Assembly (NCBI RefSeq): GCF_003918875.1
Contig: NW_025766956.1
Location: forward strand, 310,001-374,000
Origin: Haliotis rubra
Taxonomy: Eukaryota
Direction: 5' to 3'
DNA: 64,000 nt
Shown: one piece after another, positions 1 through 14,400 of the stretch
Layout: the number at the start of each line of letters is the position of its first letter
Position numbering within the stretch: the stretch's first letter is position 1
Notes under the pieces: generated by a model
What the model was told of the DNA's origin: nothing
Database searches by the model: none
Seen by the model: the letters and a program-made list of their open reading frames with translations, nothing else
Made by a program: the position numbers and the translations under genes

Positions 1-494
1 TAATTTGTAATATTTTAATGAAACAATTTTGAATATGAAGATCTTTTTCTCATACTCACACACACACGTTTTTATATGAGCCAACACTTCCAAGAAAAGA
101 CTGTTCAAATCATACAGCTTACTTCTACCACTGTATTAGCATTTTCCATTTCTTACTGAACATACTGAGAATTAGATCTTTTTAACATGTTACTCACTAC
201 TAATATCATGGGTGTTGGTTGTGGTGGCAAGCAAGTGAATTGGGGCTTAAGCTAGTTTACCATTATGGTGGGGGACACTAAGAATGAAGTTCACACTTCC
301 TACCAATGAAGGGAATCAAATGTTGGCCTGCAGTCTGATAAGCCAACTCTTAAAACACTTGCCTACTCTACCACCCAGGTTCAGAAATAAATGGAGAATG
401 TGCATTACAAAGGTGAGAGACATGCTCCAATTATACAGATTCATCTAATGGTAACTGCAACTATGAGGTGGGTATATCAAATCAACACAAGTAC

Positions 495-524
495 CTCATC
501 TTTTTTCTCTGCAACTTCTTCTCC
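495..524 (-). CDS. SH3BGR: SH3BGR tail microexon GEEVAEKKDE (duplicate)
   Basis: TAG|30 nt|GTACTT; identical to 2149-2178. Confidence 0.78.
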
Positions 525-3500
525 CTAACAACATATTAATTGATCTCAGTCGTTGGAGGGTTAAATCATTTAATGTTACTCAAAGCATACTGAAGGTGAT
601 CATATTGAAAACTCTAACTGCCCTGACTAAATGGTAACTTAAATACATGTACTTATAGCACATTTGACCAAAATAATGCATAATTGTTAACTTTCATGTG
701 GTCAAATTCAATTGTTACAGCCAATCTGACATGGCAATATTAAATATCTGAAGAATATCTGACATTGACAGCAAGGTAGACAGATCTGATATGCAGAATC
801 TTTGTAAATTCAAATGACTGTCAATGATTTGATGGACCTAAACAAGTTCTTTTCACTGATTTGTAATCTCAACAAAGAAGAAAAATACCTTTTCCTCTTT
901 TTCTTCATTTTCTTCCTCCTAACAAAATAATATGAGAATTTGTCTGCACATTGTTACAAGATGTCATTCAACATTCCAGTACTGTACTAGATTTAAGCAA
1001 CAGCTCATTCATTTTCAAAACACGGTATCATATATAAGTGTGTATACATAGTTTGTTCTTCCATACCAAAATGTTATTAAAATTATTTGACATGTTGAAA
1101 CTGTTATTACAATGAAATATAATGCACTGTTTACTCATTCATATAATTGTAATATTTTCATCAAGCATTTTTGAATATGAAGATATCTCACACACGCACA
1201 CACACTTTTGGATATGCCCCAACATCTTCAAGAACATACAACTACGGCATATTACCGTAGATAAGCCGACTCCCAAACTTGACCCTTAAAATCAGTGTCA
1301 AAATGGTATGTTTTGTACATAAGCCGATCCCCCGCGATGGGGTCCTATTTTACTGATGACTGCGTCAGAATTCATACTTTTATATTATTGTGCATGTTTG
1401 AACTTGATCGCCGGAAACGTGCGCACAGCTGATTGCTATTTCCAGCTCAAATACACATGGTAATCTTAATCCCTGCAAATAATACAATGCCCAGCAAAAA
1501 CAACTTAGAACTTAAAAGGTAAATAATCTTGTCTAGTGATGTTTAATTGCAAATTTGACGTCTTTACTGACAAAGTCGTCTTCTGTTGTTTGTTCACGCG
1601 AAGTGATACAATGTTGTTTTCTTACCCCCGGAAAAAAGTTTGACGAAAGCATAACCTATAGATAAGCCGACCCCCTTCTAAAGACTGCTTTTTTGGGGCC
1701 TCAAAATTCAGCTTATCTACGGCAATATACAGTTATCAGCGTCATCTTTCACAACTGTCCAAATCATACAGCTTACTTCTACCACTGTATAAGCATTTTC
1801 CATTTCTTACTGAACATACTGAGAATCAGATCTTCTTGTTAACATATTACTAGCTACCAATATCATGGGTGTTGGTTGTGGTGGCAAGCAAGTGAATTGG
1901 GGCTTAAGCTAGTTTACCATTATGGTGGGGGGACACTAAGAATGAAGTTCACACTTCCTACCAATGAAGGGAATCAAATGTTGGCCTGCAGTCTGATAAG
2001 CCAACTCTTTATAAACACTTGCCTACTCTACCACCCAGGTTCAGAAATAAATGGAGAATGTGCATTACAAAGGTGAGAGACATGCTCCAATTATACAGAT
2101 TCGTCTAATTGCAACTATGAGGTGGGTATATCAAACCAACACAAGTACCTCATCTTTTTTCTCTGCAACTTCTTCTCCCTAACAACATATTAATTGATCT
2201 CAGTCAATGGAGGGTTAAATCATTTAATGTTACTCAAAGCATACTGAAGGTGATCATATTGAAAACTCTAACTGCCCTGACTAAATGGTAACTTAAATAC
2301 ATGTACTTATAGCACATTTGACCAAAATAATGCATAATTGTTAACTTTCATGTGGTCAAATTCAATTGTTACAGCCAATCTGACATGGCAATATTAAATA
2401 TCTGAAGAATATCTGACATTGACAGCAAGGTAGACAGATCTGATATGCAGAATCTTTGTAAATTCAAATGACTGTCAATGATTTGATGGACCTAAACAAG
2501 TTCTTTTCACTGATTTGTAATCTCAACAAAGGAGAAAAATACCTTTTCCTTTTCCTCTTTTTCTTCATTTTCTTCCTCCTAACAAAATAATATGAGAATT
2601 TGTCTGCACATTGTTACAAGATGTCATTTAACATTCCAGTACTCTACCAGATTTAACCTACCTCACACACAGATTAATGCAAGAAATTAGTATAATCCAA
2701 ATGTCCTTTTTATCTACAATGTCAATCCTATTTGCCTGTTTAGTACCTCACTCAGCAAGATTCCAGCCATATAGATAATCTGTGGATAGGAGAATCTGAA
2801 CCAGACTTTCCAAGGTCAGTTTTGTGACCAGCGATCCACATCATTGTGATACAAGGATATGCTATCAACCATGTAATGAGTCTGAGCACCCAATACATTT
2901 GTCAATTGGTCGCTGGCACCTATTCTAACCCGAAATCACCATGTGGCGTGTCCATTCCAATCACCTTGAAACATCTGGAATTATCAATTTGGTCAAAAGT
3001 CATCTACACTATCATTAAATGAGAGTTTATACTTTCACTGTTTTGTAAGGGCAACATGCACAGGGCTTGGATCTAGAGATACCTTCTCCGCCTTTTCTTC
3101 CTCAGCTTCCTCCTAACAAAACAACCATAAACAAGATCACAAAAATGGTTATTTGTTATGACTAAAAAAAAAATTAAATAATGTCAGAGTTACACTGGGT
3201 GTTTAGGTCTATGTTATAATTGTAAAATGATACAAAAATCCTTCCTTGCCTTTCACTGTGCATAGATTGCACTTGTTTCATAAATGATGTATTTATGATC
3301 ACTGTGTCACTGGATAACGAAATTGTATTTCAAGTTAACATATTTCTTGAAGTTACGAGCTTGTTACATATTCTTTCCAATTTTCTAGTCTAGTCGAGTT
3401 TATAAGCGATTTGGGAGAGCTAGATAACAATTTAAAGAAGAGAGATGCAACACTCAGTAAACACAGTAACAATTACATGTATCTTACACAGGGTGAAGTA

Positions 3501-5378
3501 GAGAATATGCCACCTACATATTTGTACATGATCACTGCATCCAATTATGTCATCTGTATGAAACAGTGTTCGAAATAGCCACTGGCCAGCTAGTCTGTGG
3601 CTAGTAAAAATCTAGTCGCACCAGTAAATCTTCACAGTTACTGGCCTGACGGGCTAGTGAATTTTCATGTGGTCATATTGTAAATATATCACACTCTCTG
3701 ACTTGTTAAGTTATAACACACTTTTACATCATGCAACATTATGGCCTGATTAAAATGTTCATCATATTATCAGCTTATTGATGAAACCCGTGTCTACATT
3801 CAAATTTTGGGCTAGTGAATTGTTTTGTGGGCTAATGACTTTCAGACATAGCCGGCCCGACTGGCTAGTAAGATTTGGAAACTATTTCGCACACTGGTAT
3901 GAAATACATGAGCACATAAGGAGGAGTTCTTTGAGGTGTGTTACTTCTTTCCTGATATAAACCTACATTTAGAAACATGATACTCGTTGGAAGGAAACCA
4001 AGCAGCATGTTTTCCTATTTTATAATGGACATTAGATATTAATATATCACAAATCCCATTTGAACACACCATATTTCTATCTATCTTGATGACATATCAC
4101 ATATGAACATGAACAACGACATTACAACCAGAGTGAAAGTAAGTGTAATGACAGTTACACTTAAATATTGGACGTGGTACTGACACACAGGAATGGGCAG
4201 CTTGCAAAAATCAGAACAAATACCTTATCCTTTTTCTCTTCCTCGTCGTCTCCCTAGCAACATAATCAATACTTAAGAGTAACGTGATATTATGGAAAAT
4301 TTACATGTGACTAATCAACATGTGCATCTTAAATAGAAAGAAAATATTATGAAGCTTACAGCATGTCATAAAAGTTTCTCAAAATACATTTAGTACACCA
4401 TATATGAAAATGGTTTAGTGAAATATCTAATTCTAACCATATAAAATGACTGTATGAAAATATTATACTATTACAAAGGTCAAACAGACTTCACATATAT
4501 ATGTTTCACCTCAATATGCATCTTTGATGCAGAAACATGATCAACAGGTCAAATATAATGAGGAAGTCACACAATAAGAAGACTAATGGAAATTTTGGGG
4601 ATTTGGGGATTTCTGAAAAATATATACCGGGGTAGTTATTTTAAAAAATTCACATCAGCTGGGGACTGTTGGGATTTGACTATTGGTATCTGCAATTACC
4701 CTTGCAAACCATGCACAATGTTTAACATGCTCAAAATTGAAATATTGGGATTTATCAGCTGAATTACTTGTACATGTATTATCATGAGTTCATGTCATTG
4801 AGACTTAGGGCATGCTTGCAGCATGTGGCATCTAATTCTATCTGCTAAGAAGGAAATCAAAACCACTGCAACAAAAATACCTCTTTCTTTTCCTTTTCTT
4901 CTTCTTCTCCCTAATAACAAAGTTTTTCAAGACAATCAAATATCAATTATATCTATAAACTGAATTATTTTATAGAAAAAACACTTCATTAAAAACAGAA
5001 GGTTTTGTATAGTATCTGCACATATCTTCCAAACCACACATAGCCAAATACTGGTAGCCCATATAGACTTTCATCAATTTAATTCATTTATTATGTATAG
5101 GTGGCTGTATCAGATAATACTTTATAGAAAAAGATATATATCAAGGTCAGTTTACAAATATCCAAGTATGGCTAAATTTGTTGAGCTGTTGCAAGACGAA
5201 CGTGCTGGAGTTATACTTAATTTGTCAAAGTTTGTGTATACTTAAGGAGAAAGCAACAGTTGAATTTGTTTGAATCTTTATGTATCTTATGGGTCTGCCA
5301 CCATGAGGGGATGGGAGTAGGCAGGGTGAGAAATGTTATGCACATGTGCACGTTAAATTATTATTGAATGTAAAATAA

Positions 5379-5425
<47 letters not shown>

Positions 5426-8400
5426 ATAATGGGTTGGGGGTTGGTAATGTGGTTGTCAGGATGTTTGATGTCCCATCCCAGGCATCAGTTTCAAAGAGAT
5501 ATTTAAATAAAATGAATTTATAAGAAAACTCTAACAAATAATAAAAGTCAATAGAAATCTATATTTGGTATTATTTATCAAGTTACAATGGCAAACTATG
5601 GATGAACTAACTGCAAGATGAAATCAATTACTAATTTATGGCTTTTCAATGTTACTTTTAATATTTTCTATATTTTAATTAATCTATTTTAAAATGAATA
5701 ATTACCGTGCACAAAGGCACAGCCAATAATGCTGCATGGACATTATCATATAAAAACTCTAATAACAGTCCATGTAATCGTAAAATTTCCTAAAGTCTCT
5801 CTTGGCCAAACCATTACAACTTACGGTCAGTCTGTTACGTCTTCAACTGATTTGGAACGAGATCATCAAATAGGTGACATCATTCTACTTTCGGAAATAT
5901 GTATAGCAGAGACCGAACGTAAAAGCGATTAAACACCAAGTAAGACGTGACATTAAATTACACGGATGTAGACCACCAAATACCATGTGCAGGAACATGC
6001 CTGCATAAGTATTTTCGAATATTCCTTTATATTTTAGTAGACTTAACAGTCTCTGAATCAACAACACATTTTCTGATGATGTAAACACCTGTACATTGTG
6101 GGACAATTCGAGACGATCACTGGAGCGAACTATAATTCCCATCAAAAGTTTAGACTCACTGAAAACACTCACTATACGTTATGTATATATATATGGTTAC
6201 ATCGAAGATTGATTTCTCCACTAACTTGGGGCAACCAAATGCAAACCTTATGCAGATGAATTTCACAAGGATCAGGCATCAAATTGCTGAAAAGCATGTG
6301 CAAATATCATGCATGTGAACAGCGGCATTTTGTTGTAAAGTTTTGTTAAGAATTCGCCAATTTTCACTGAGTTTATCATTTCTTGAACTCATGACATTAA
6401 TCTTTTAAACTGTACGAATTTGTTTTACAATACATCAGTTCATGTGTAAACAGTACCTTTAAAACAATATGGAATATTTTGCAAACTTTAGTTTAGAACA
6501 GTTGCCTGAAGTAAGCTGCTATATTTACACTACTGAGTCTAAACTTTTGATGGGGAGTATATAACTGTTAAATATTACGATGATAAATATAAATGACCTT
6601 TTAACTGCAATATACATAGTTTTTACACAAAAGACTTGACGTAATGATATATAATCATGTCTTGAACATTTATAATACATGAAAACGATCTCTGGAATGT
6701 GAGCGCGAGAAAACAAAGCTCTCGATCATTTACGACCAAAGCTGACTATTACAGTGGCTAAAAAGACATTAGTATACAATGTTTCCATACACAATTCCGT
6801 ATACAGCAGGCACATTGTTTGTTTATGCCTGATAACACACGTAAATAATGGCACCAGGTTAGAGGGAGTTTTGTAATTTGTATATTGAATATCTTATGTA
6901 TGAACACAGCAATAAAGAATATCAACATGTCAGATGATACAAGGTTAACAAATTTCTGATAAGTAGGGTTTTCAATAAAGTACCGGTAGGCAGGTACATA
7001 TTAATCTCTTATTATTGCAAGGGCAGATCAACAGTACATGGTATTCATCCTGAACAGAATCATTGCAATAACTACAAGTTATTATTACTAATTATGGGCT
7101 TTTAGATTGTCTATATGCTATGATATTAAAATCATGTACCCGGTAAATTGCACCTGAATTTAGTCATTGTTCTATTTAACGGTCATGAGGATATACACCA
7201 GTACCTTTCAGGTGTAATTTGTGATTTAGTTTCTGTTTATATTTGTAGACTTATCTCTGTCATCAATGATCATCAAGAATGTTATGGCCAAGGTATGTAT
7301 GTAGGTATGCAGAAAACACACTGTTCATCACAACTATGCCTTGTCAATGTACAGGTATGGTCTATCATCAAGAACTATAACAAACTGATAACATACACCA
7401 CACGGTGACACGCAAGGACATTCCATTTAAAAGTTTTAGGAATGACATGCACTTAAGTATAAGGGACACAAGGGCTATCAAAAGGTTTACACTGAAAAAC
7501 GATACTTTCAATTTACAGAAACTTGACGTTTCAGAACAATAACATAAACAAAACATGTTTCATAGTTTGATCTTACTTCAGTAGGAAAATACTGATCTAA
7601 GACGAACTGGAGAGATCAATCTCATTGAATGACTCAACTAGTAAACCCCAATTAGGATCTTATTCAATAATTTACCATTCAAAAAGAATATATTTACAGC
7701 ATTTATGCATGTAAGACTTGCGTTAAAGGTAGTTGTAATCGTTGGACTTATCATGCTGATAAACTTTCTTCATGTTACATGACATAATCATCTGACTTTG
7801 TTCAAACTTCAAGGTATATCCAAGAAACACTAACAGAGGACTGTAACCTCTCTGCATGCAATGAAGGCACTGTGTATGTCCTGATAGAAAAAAAGTGGGT
7901 CACTCTCACACACAAAACAAATACCTCTTCCGTTTTTCCTTCTACTTCTTTTTCCTAAACATAACAATAACAGACTCAACTTAAACATCAAATTAATAAA
8001 TTTTCACAATGATTTACAGACAGAAAGTATAACAGTGACAAAATTCTCTTTAATACTTTTTGAAATATCGTCAAATTTAATGTAAAGCTGTTTGAGAGTT
8101 ACCATATCACAAGACAATTGTATATAGAAATTACCAGTCTAACCATCTGATCATACTGACTTGACATACCTTAGGCTTTCTCATTCATTCACATATTTCT
8201 GTTCACATTCATGTCTTAACATAACGGCAGTTTGTGACAGGAACCTGTCAAATGTCTTGAAAATAGGAACCTGTCAGAAGCCCGAGTTGTAAGCTTAGTT
8301 ACTTATCATTCAAATGTCTTGAAAATATGGTCGAGCCAAGTTCTGGCAAGTAGACTGAAAGGTTTTGAGAATAGACTGCATTTCTCAAAGTTTAAGGCTG

Positions 8401-11400
8401 CTGAGCTGCACATGATAGTCATAGAAAACAAAAAATATTTGAACATATATCAGCTAATACAATCTAACTGAACATAATTAGTCAACTCAGGTCAGTTATG
8501 CAGGAAGGGGACCACAACAACAACAACAACAACAATACCTCATCCTTCTTCTCCACCTCCTCCTCGTCCTGGTAACACAAGCATCAACACCATCATACTT
8601 TTGCATGTTATGCTATCATTTTTAATGCTGCACTCAGCAATATTTCAGCTATATGACTGATGTCTGTAAATAACTGAGTCTGGACCCGACATCATCAGCT
8701 ATGCAGAAGGGATCTTCTAACATGTATCAAACTAGTTAGCAAGTCTCGATCCCATGACAAGCATGAGTTGATGAAGTCCAACACTACTTTGTGGCTGCAA
8801 AAGCAGGAGACTTTGATGGTGGGAGAATGCGGTAGAAAGTCAGTAATATTCCAGCTATGTCAGAGTGGCCTAAAGGCTCTGATGACAACCAATCAGTCAT
8901 TACCCACTGAAGTGACTCTGTGAGTCAGTTGAGTTTATTGCTCCCTTGAACAGTATTTCAGTTATATCACAGGATGTTATTTGATGTGGGGGAAAGTTCG
9001 AATTAGTGCATCACTTTGGTAAACCCATGAGTTGTTGAAACCATCAGCACAAATTGCAAATTTGAACACATGATCACAAGTTCCTCCACAGTGAATAGAA
9101 GATCCTAAAGGACTGGGCTTACTGTTTAGCCATCTTTATTTACGTAAAAGTATAAGGTATCCTTTTTGCAGCTACTACTGCTGTAAATCACTGAAACCAC
9201 TGCTCCATCAATATGTTAAAAAAAGGGTCTGACTAATGCTTAGTCTCTGAAAATAGAAAATTTTAATAAAAACAACCAACTCCATTTATAATGAAAAGAT
9301 CCAAGGGGACAAGCAACCTCAGGAAAAATCTAAGACTTCATTTTGTGCTATAGCATTAGAGTAATGACTGAGCACAACTGAAAATATTTTGCTTGAGGGA
9401 CTGTATGACAGACTATAATACCTCATGCATTTGGAGAACGCAGTGAAATCATTCAGATGTCAGATATGTCATCTCCCAGCATGCCTTGCTGACAGTGAAA
9501 ATGTGAGTGAGTTTCCAAGTTATCATGTCTCGACATAGCAGTACCATATACAAAATATATTAATACAGTCTTATAATGAAGTTCGTATTTATTTGACACA
9601 ATTAGTCACTTTTCGTTCCTGGAAATGAACAACATGTATAGTTATTGTTTGAGAAAACTGTATTATAGATGAAGGAATTCTTCAACAATATCAAACAATG
9701 GTCTGGGAGATAAAGTGATCTCACAAACCTTTACAATGACAAACAAAGTGAAGACAACCTACAAAATACAGTGTCATCATTAACATGATTAAGTCTGATA
9801 TAAGTGATTGTGTGTGAAAACAAAAAACATTGCATCAACAGACATCACAAGGTACATTGATGCATGTGACATTAAATCTGTTAACAGCTGTGAATATCTA
9901 TAAATGACCTTTCAATAGAAAAGTAAATACCTCTATCTGTGCTTGAGATACTTCAATTTTGTCAGCCATCTTCAGAAATGCATATATATTGTTTGTCTCC
10001 ACAGCCTCATAAAATTGATCATAGCCCTGCAAAAAAAGGAAAGCACTGAAACATTTTTCATACATGTACATGTAGAAGCAGTATGTACATGTTATTGTTA
10101 ACCTTCCATTGTTCTGTGTTCCTATTCACAACATACTTGTCAAAAGTTAGGTAGGAGAGAATATTAGTTATTCTAAGATGCCTAGCGGTTAGAACAATCG
10201 AAAAAAAAATACATTATCAGACAATAAAGGTATAGTTTTTTGATGACGTAACAATTGAATGACGTTGTCCCGTCACTGCGCCATTCTAGTCTGCCCCCTC
10301 GTAATCGAATTATTTTACATTACGTCACAATGTAAGTGACGTCACGATGCATGTCAGTTGTCATCGCCTCGTACGGCCTCCTACAGTAAACTACTCCGTT
10401 GCATCCCGTTCCTTGGTTTGCATTTGCTTCACGCAGCTAACATCACTGGTGGAAACATTACGTTTATGTTTTACGACGGGTTAAAATGTGTCAATTCGAC
10501 TCACAAGTTTTCAGCGACACGGTAGCGTTAGCAATGTTTACATACCCACAATGCAATCGTGGAATGTCGCTTTGACTACTCAGAATATTAGAACCCTAAT
10601 GCTTAGTCTAATCTTTGGTAAGGTAGGATTGAATATTAACCCTAATTATCAATAAAATAGTTTTAAAAGAGTAAAACAATACTTTATCAAGTTTATTAAC
10701 ATGTTATTGATAAACCTTCCATTTTCATAATTATAACCTAAATAAGATGGAATAATCAGAATATAGTAGTACTTAATCATGTATATATTAATATGTTACT
10801 AATAAACATTTTTTCTACAATTTTCATAATTTCTTATAGAGCACTTAAAACAGTTGAGTTTACAATAGAAATGTCTCTTGGCCTTACAGTGTATTGTTAT
10901 TTCATTTGTCTTGTCATGTAAATGAAAGGGAGATCCCTTTTAATATATCTGCCATCCATATCCGTGACAAGGCTGGTAGAAAGAATTTGATACTGTCCAT
11001 TAAGTTGAACACCTAGTCTTACAACTGGATTCCTAAATGATTCCCTTGTATACTCATACAACTGACCCACTAAAGCAGAATTCAGATCAGATCAGTCTCT
11101 AGGATATTTATCCAATATGTCCAGGAGATATTTCTGAAATGTGGTTATGAAACAGAAGAATGTGCCATGAAATGTCTTAAAAAGATATGAAAATGTCTTT
11201 TATATTCCATTTCTATCCCAAAACATCACCAGGGAAGCCAGTAGCACAGTGTACCCCTTTTCTTATAACTAGTCAACAGGACTAGTGGAAACCACGTTTC
11301 CCCATTCCTCAGAGTTTGTAGGTAATCCTTATTGAATGAAACAAATATCATGTTTACTATGTTCACATTTTCTACAATATGTTCTACTTCCAAGTTGACA

Positions 11401-14400
11401 CAAATTTGAGAATGGCTCAAGAATTATAGTCTGTACACAGAGGTAAATCCAAGTAGTAAATGAGGACAACAATCACTGGAGTATTTCTTGGCCCCCAGCA
11501 TAATTTAGTGGTTTTAGGCCATAGGACTCATATGAAAGTTCAAAGTGAACTCCATTAATTTTTAAAGTCTTAATGACTTACACCACAGTACTGATCATCA
11601 CTGAATATCTGTGGAGGCAAAGGGTGCTTCATTCCTTCCCTTGGTTCTGCATTTGCTCTCATAAACTTCCTGTCTTCTTCTCGGTTGGGGTCAGAGATGT
11701 CAACTGTCTCCATGGGTATGCTCATACTGGACAGAATGTCTGTCACATGCAGCATCTCTTTCTTAAGCTGAAAAAAGCAACAATGGCAACATTTAACACC
11801 TGTAACTCTTACAAGCATATAACACTGAAAAACACAGAGCAAAGAACATTTATGATGATGTATTTCAAGGCAATGAGTCCCCATGCTAAAGGTGACTATC
11901 AGGGACATAGAAATGAATGCATGTGTAAAATGTTGTGAGTCTGCCTGGCTAAACGTACTGAACTCATCTGTTGGTAACATTTTCTAACAGCTCTGAATGT
12001 TACCATATTAGTATGAAACATGCCACTTGTCTGAATCCCAAGTCTGGAAACTTTCTGTTTGGTCCAGTGAGCAAAGTTAACAGCATTGAATTTTCCATAT
12101 TTATAACATAAAAATCTACTGACCAGTTGTGGCTCTGGGCTGTAATATACTTATTCAAAGTCTAGTCGACATGTGTACACTCTCACAATACCCAGCATGC
12201 ATTTTCCACTACTACTATTAATTGACCCTGTACTCCAATTGTCATCCTATATCCAGCATGTATGTATTCTTTATAATTGCACTATGTTGTATTATGGGCC
12301 AAGGGCCTACATTACTGAAATAAAATGTCTGTCTGTCTGTCAAAGTCTAGTAATATTTCAATAGTATGTCCAAAAAGCTCAATTAATAATCGTGATTAAT
12401 GTTGATATAAATACACCATCTTCTACTGAAAATGGTGGTCACAGCTCAGAACCATGTTTTCTCTGTAGACTTCAACATGGACTGTTATCATGATTATGAG
12501 CTATTTTTTGACAATATTAGCAAGAATTAAAAAAATTCAATCAAATGAGGCTTCAGACAAGTGGCTAAAGTCACTAACTGGAAATATTTTATATTAAATA
12601 TCTGGCCAAGCATCATCATAATTAGGGTTAGACATGGCCAAATGTCCATTTGTCAGAGGTAACAATCTGGAATGAATAGTTGTTATCTCCCCAAATCCAG
12701 TTATTTTCCATAACAGCTAGTCCTGAATGATTTGCAGACTAGCTGAATATGAGAAATGGTTTCTAACTTACTACCCCTGATCAATGCTCAGAATTTGAGT
12801 ATATCTAATGGTTCACATACATGTCATAACAAGGACCCCTTGACTTTCATTTGAACACAGTTAAACAACAACATGCCCTTCAATCCCTAGCCAGTGGTCT
12901 GCATGTGGTGTAACAAATTTCCAATTTATCACATTTGTGAGCTGCTTTCACTTCTTTAATACCTCTTTTAATAGTAACCATGCAAATTATAGAAGGTGCA
13001 TTAAATACAGAACCAGCAAAATAACCTTTAAACATATGTTCTTTTTTCTGTATAAAATGAAGCTTCATGTGTAGAGTTTGTACCTTGCAATGATCACTTG
13101 TGACATACGATGCAGGATAGTGGTACCAGGAAGGAGCAACATGTTCATCTGACTTTTGAGTGAGTAAATTAATGTTGCTTCATACCTAAGCCTACATCTT
13201 ATACAAATATTAATAATAACCATAAAATGTAAAATATATCAGTGCATCCACGGGGACTCAGAAAAAGTGTAAATACTTTTTGTAAAAATTCCAATCAAGT
13301 GACAATACGTTATCACTGAGTTTGCTACTAGCTGGGTTATGGTATTATTTGCAATTTAATTACTGTAACAATGTGATGATCATGATACACAATAAAATAA
13401 CAGAATTAATAATAATATTTAGGTGTCTGGGACCCCCATTTTGTTGTCCAGGACCCCTGGAAATTAAGAGTATGAGTCCCAGGGACCCTCAAATTCAGGA
13501 CTCCGTGTAAAACGATGAATCAGTTAGCTATTCATTAATCCTGAATTAATGCCCCTACAGAAGTCAACTACTAGAACTGTTGCCAGCTTCGATAAGCCTT
13601 TAAAATTCAGCCTCATAACAGAAAACTCCATGTGTTGGGCATTTTGATGTGGCACATTACTTCTGATTACTAAAATGTCCAAGACCAACTCAGGCACATA
13701 TTGCTGTTAATCCTTGATTCATTGAGTGATTTACCCTTCATTTTGTTATGAATCACCATCGAGAGTTAGAGCACCAAGTATTAGCTTGAAGTTTGGTAGG
13801 CTTTTATGAGACACCTTGTTGATTCAAGCTGGTGTGGACACAAGATTTACACTGTTTACTATGTCCTGACTGAAAACATTCCTTGAAATGTTTTGGGAAG
13901 GTGTCACTTTCTAAAACAGGTTGTCATATTTTTTAATGTGCTGCTTTTAATTCACATTTCAAATTCGGTTTACCTCAATAAATGTAACACAAATCAAGAA
14001 ATAGCTCTGTAAGCAAAAGTAGACATGAATTAAGGGCTATTTCAAAATTGTTTCCTTACATAGACAGCAACATACACTTGCACTGTTTACCATGTTACCA
14101 ACGTCATAAAGATATCACTGACACCAATCATTATTCGTTCATTTAGATTTGTGACACCGTGATTATTGATGAGTGCAAACACAAGATCTAACTTTCAAGC
14201 AGAAGTCAAACTAAAGGTGAAAGTTTTGGTTATGGTCAAACAGTCACATAATGTAAGAAACTCAATAAACAACGCTCAAAGTTTAGGTTCAACGACTCAG
14301 CAGTTTCCAAACTTTTGTAAACAAACATTGTCTGGTGTCATTTTGACATAGCGAAATAAACGAGTGGGTGTGGCTAGTTTTGTTGACATATTTACCTGCG

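Larger units (their letters stand above)
1..2655. repeat. Tandem segmental duplication (unit ~1.15 kb, two microexons per unit)
   Basis: About 100-995 is near-identical to about 1755-2655, and 1-95 resembles 1144-1235. The second copy is interrupted by a MITE. Confidence 0.9.

Noticed and set aside
1876-2076. 66-aa ORF in the duplicated unit
   Set aside because: Overlaps a decayed SINE, has a GTG start, and the paralogous copy carries frame-changing indels
10087-10725. CpG-rich intronic block between two ~25-bp imperfect direct repeats
   Set aside because: Probably a transposon remnant, but termini and family could not be defined from this window
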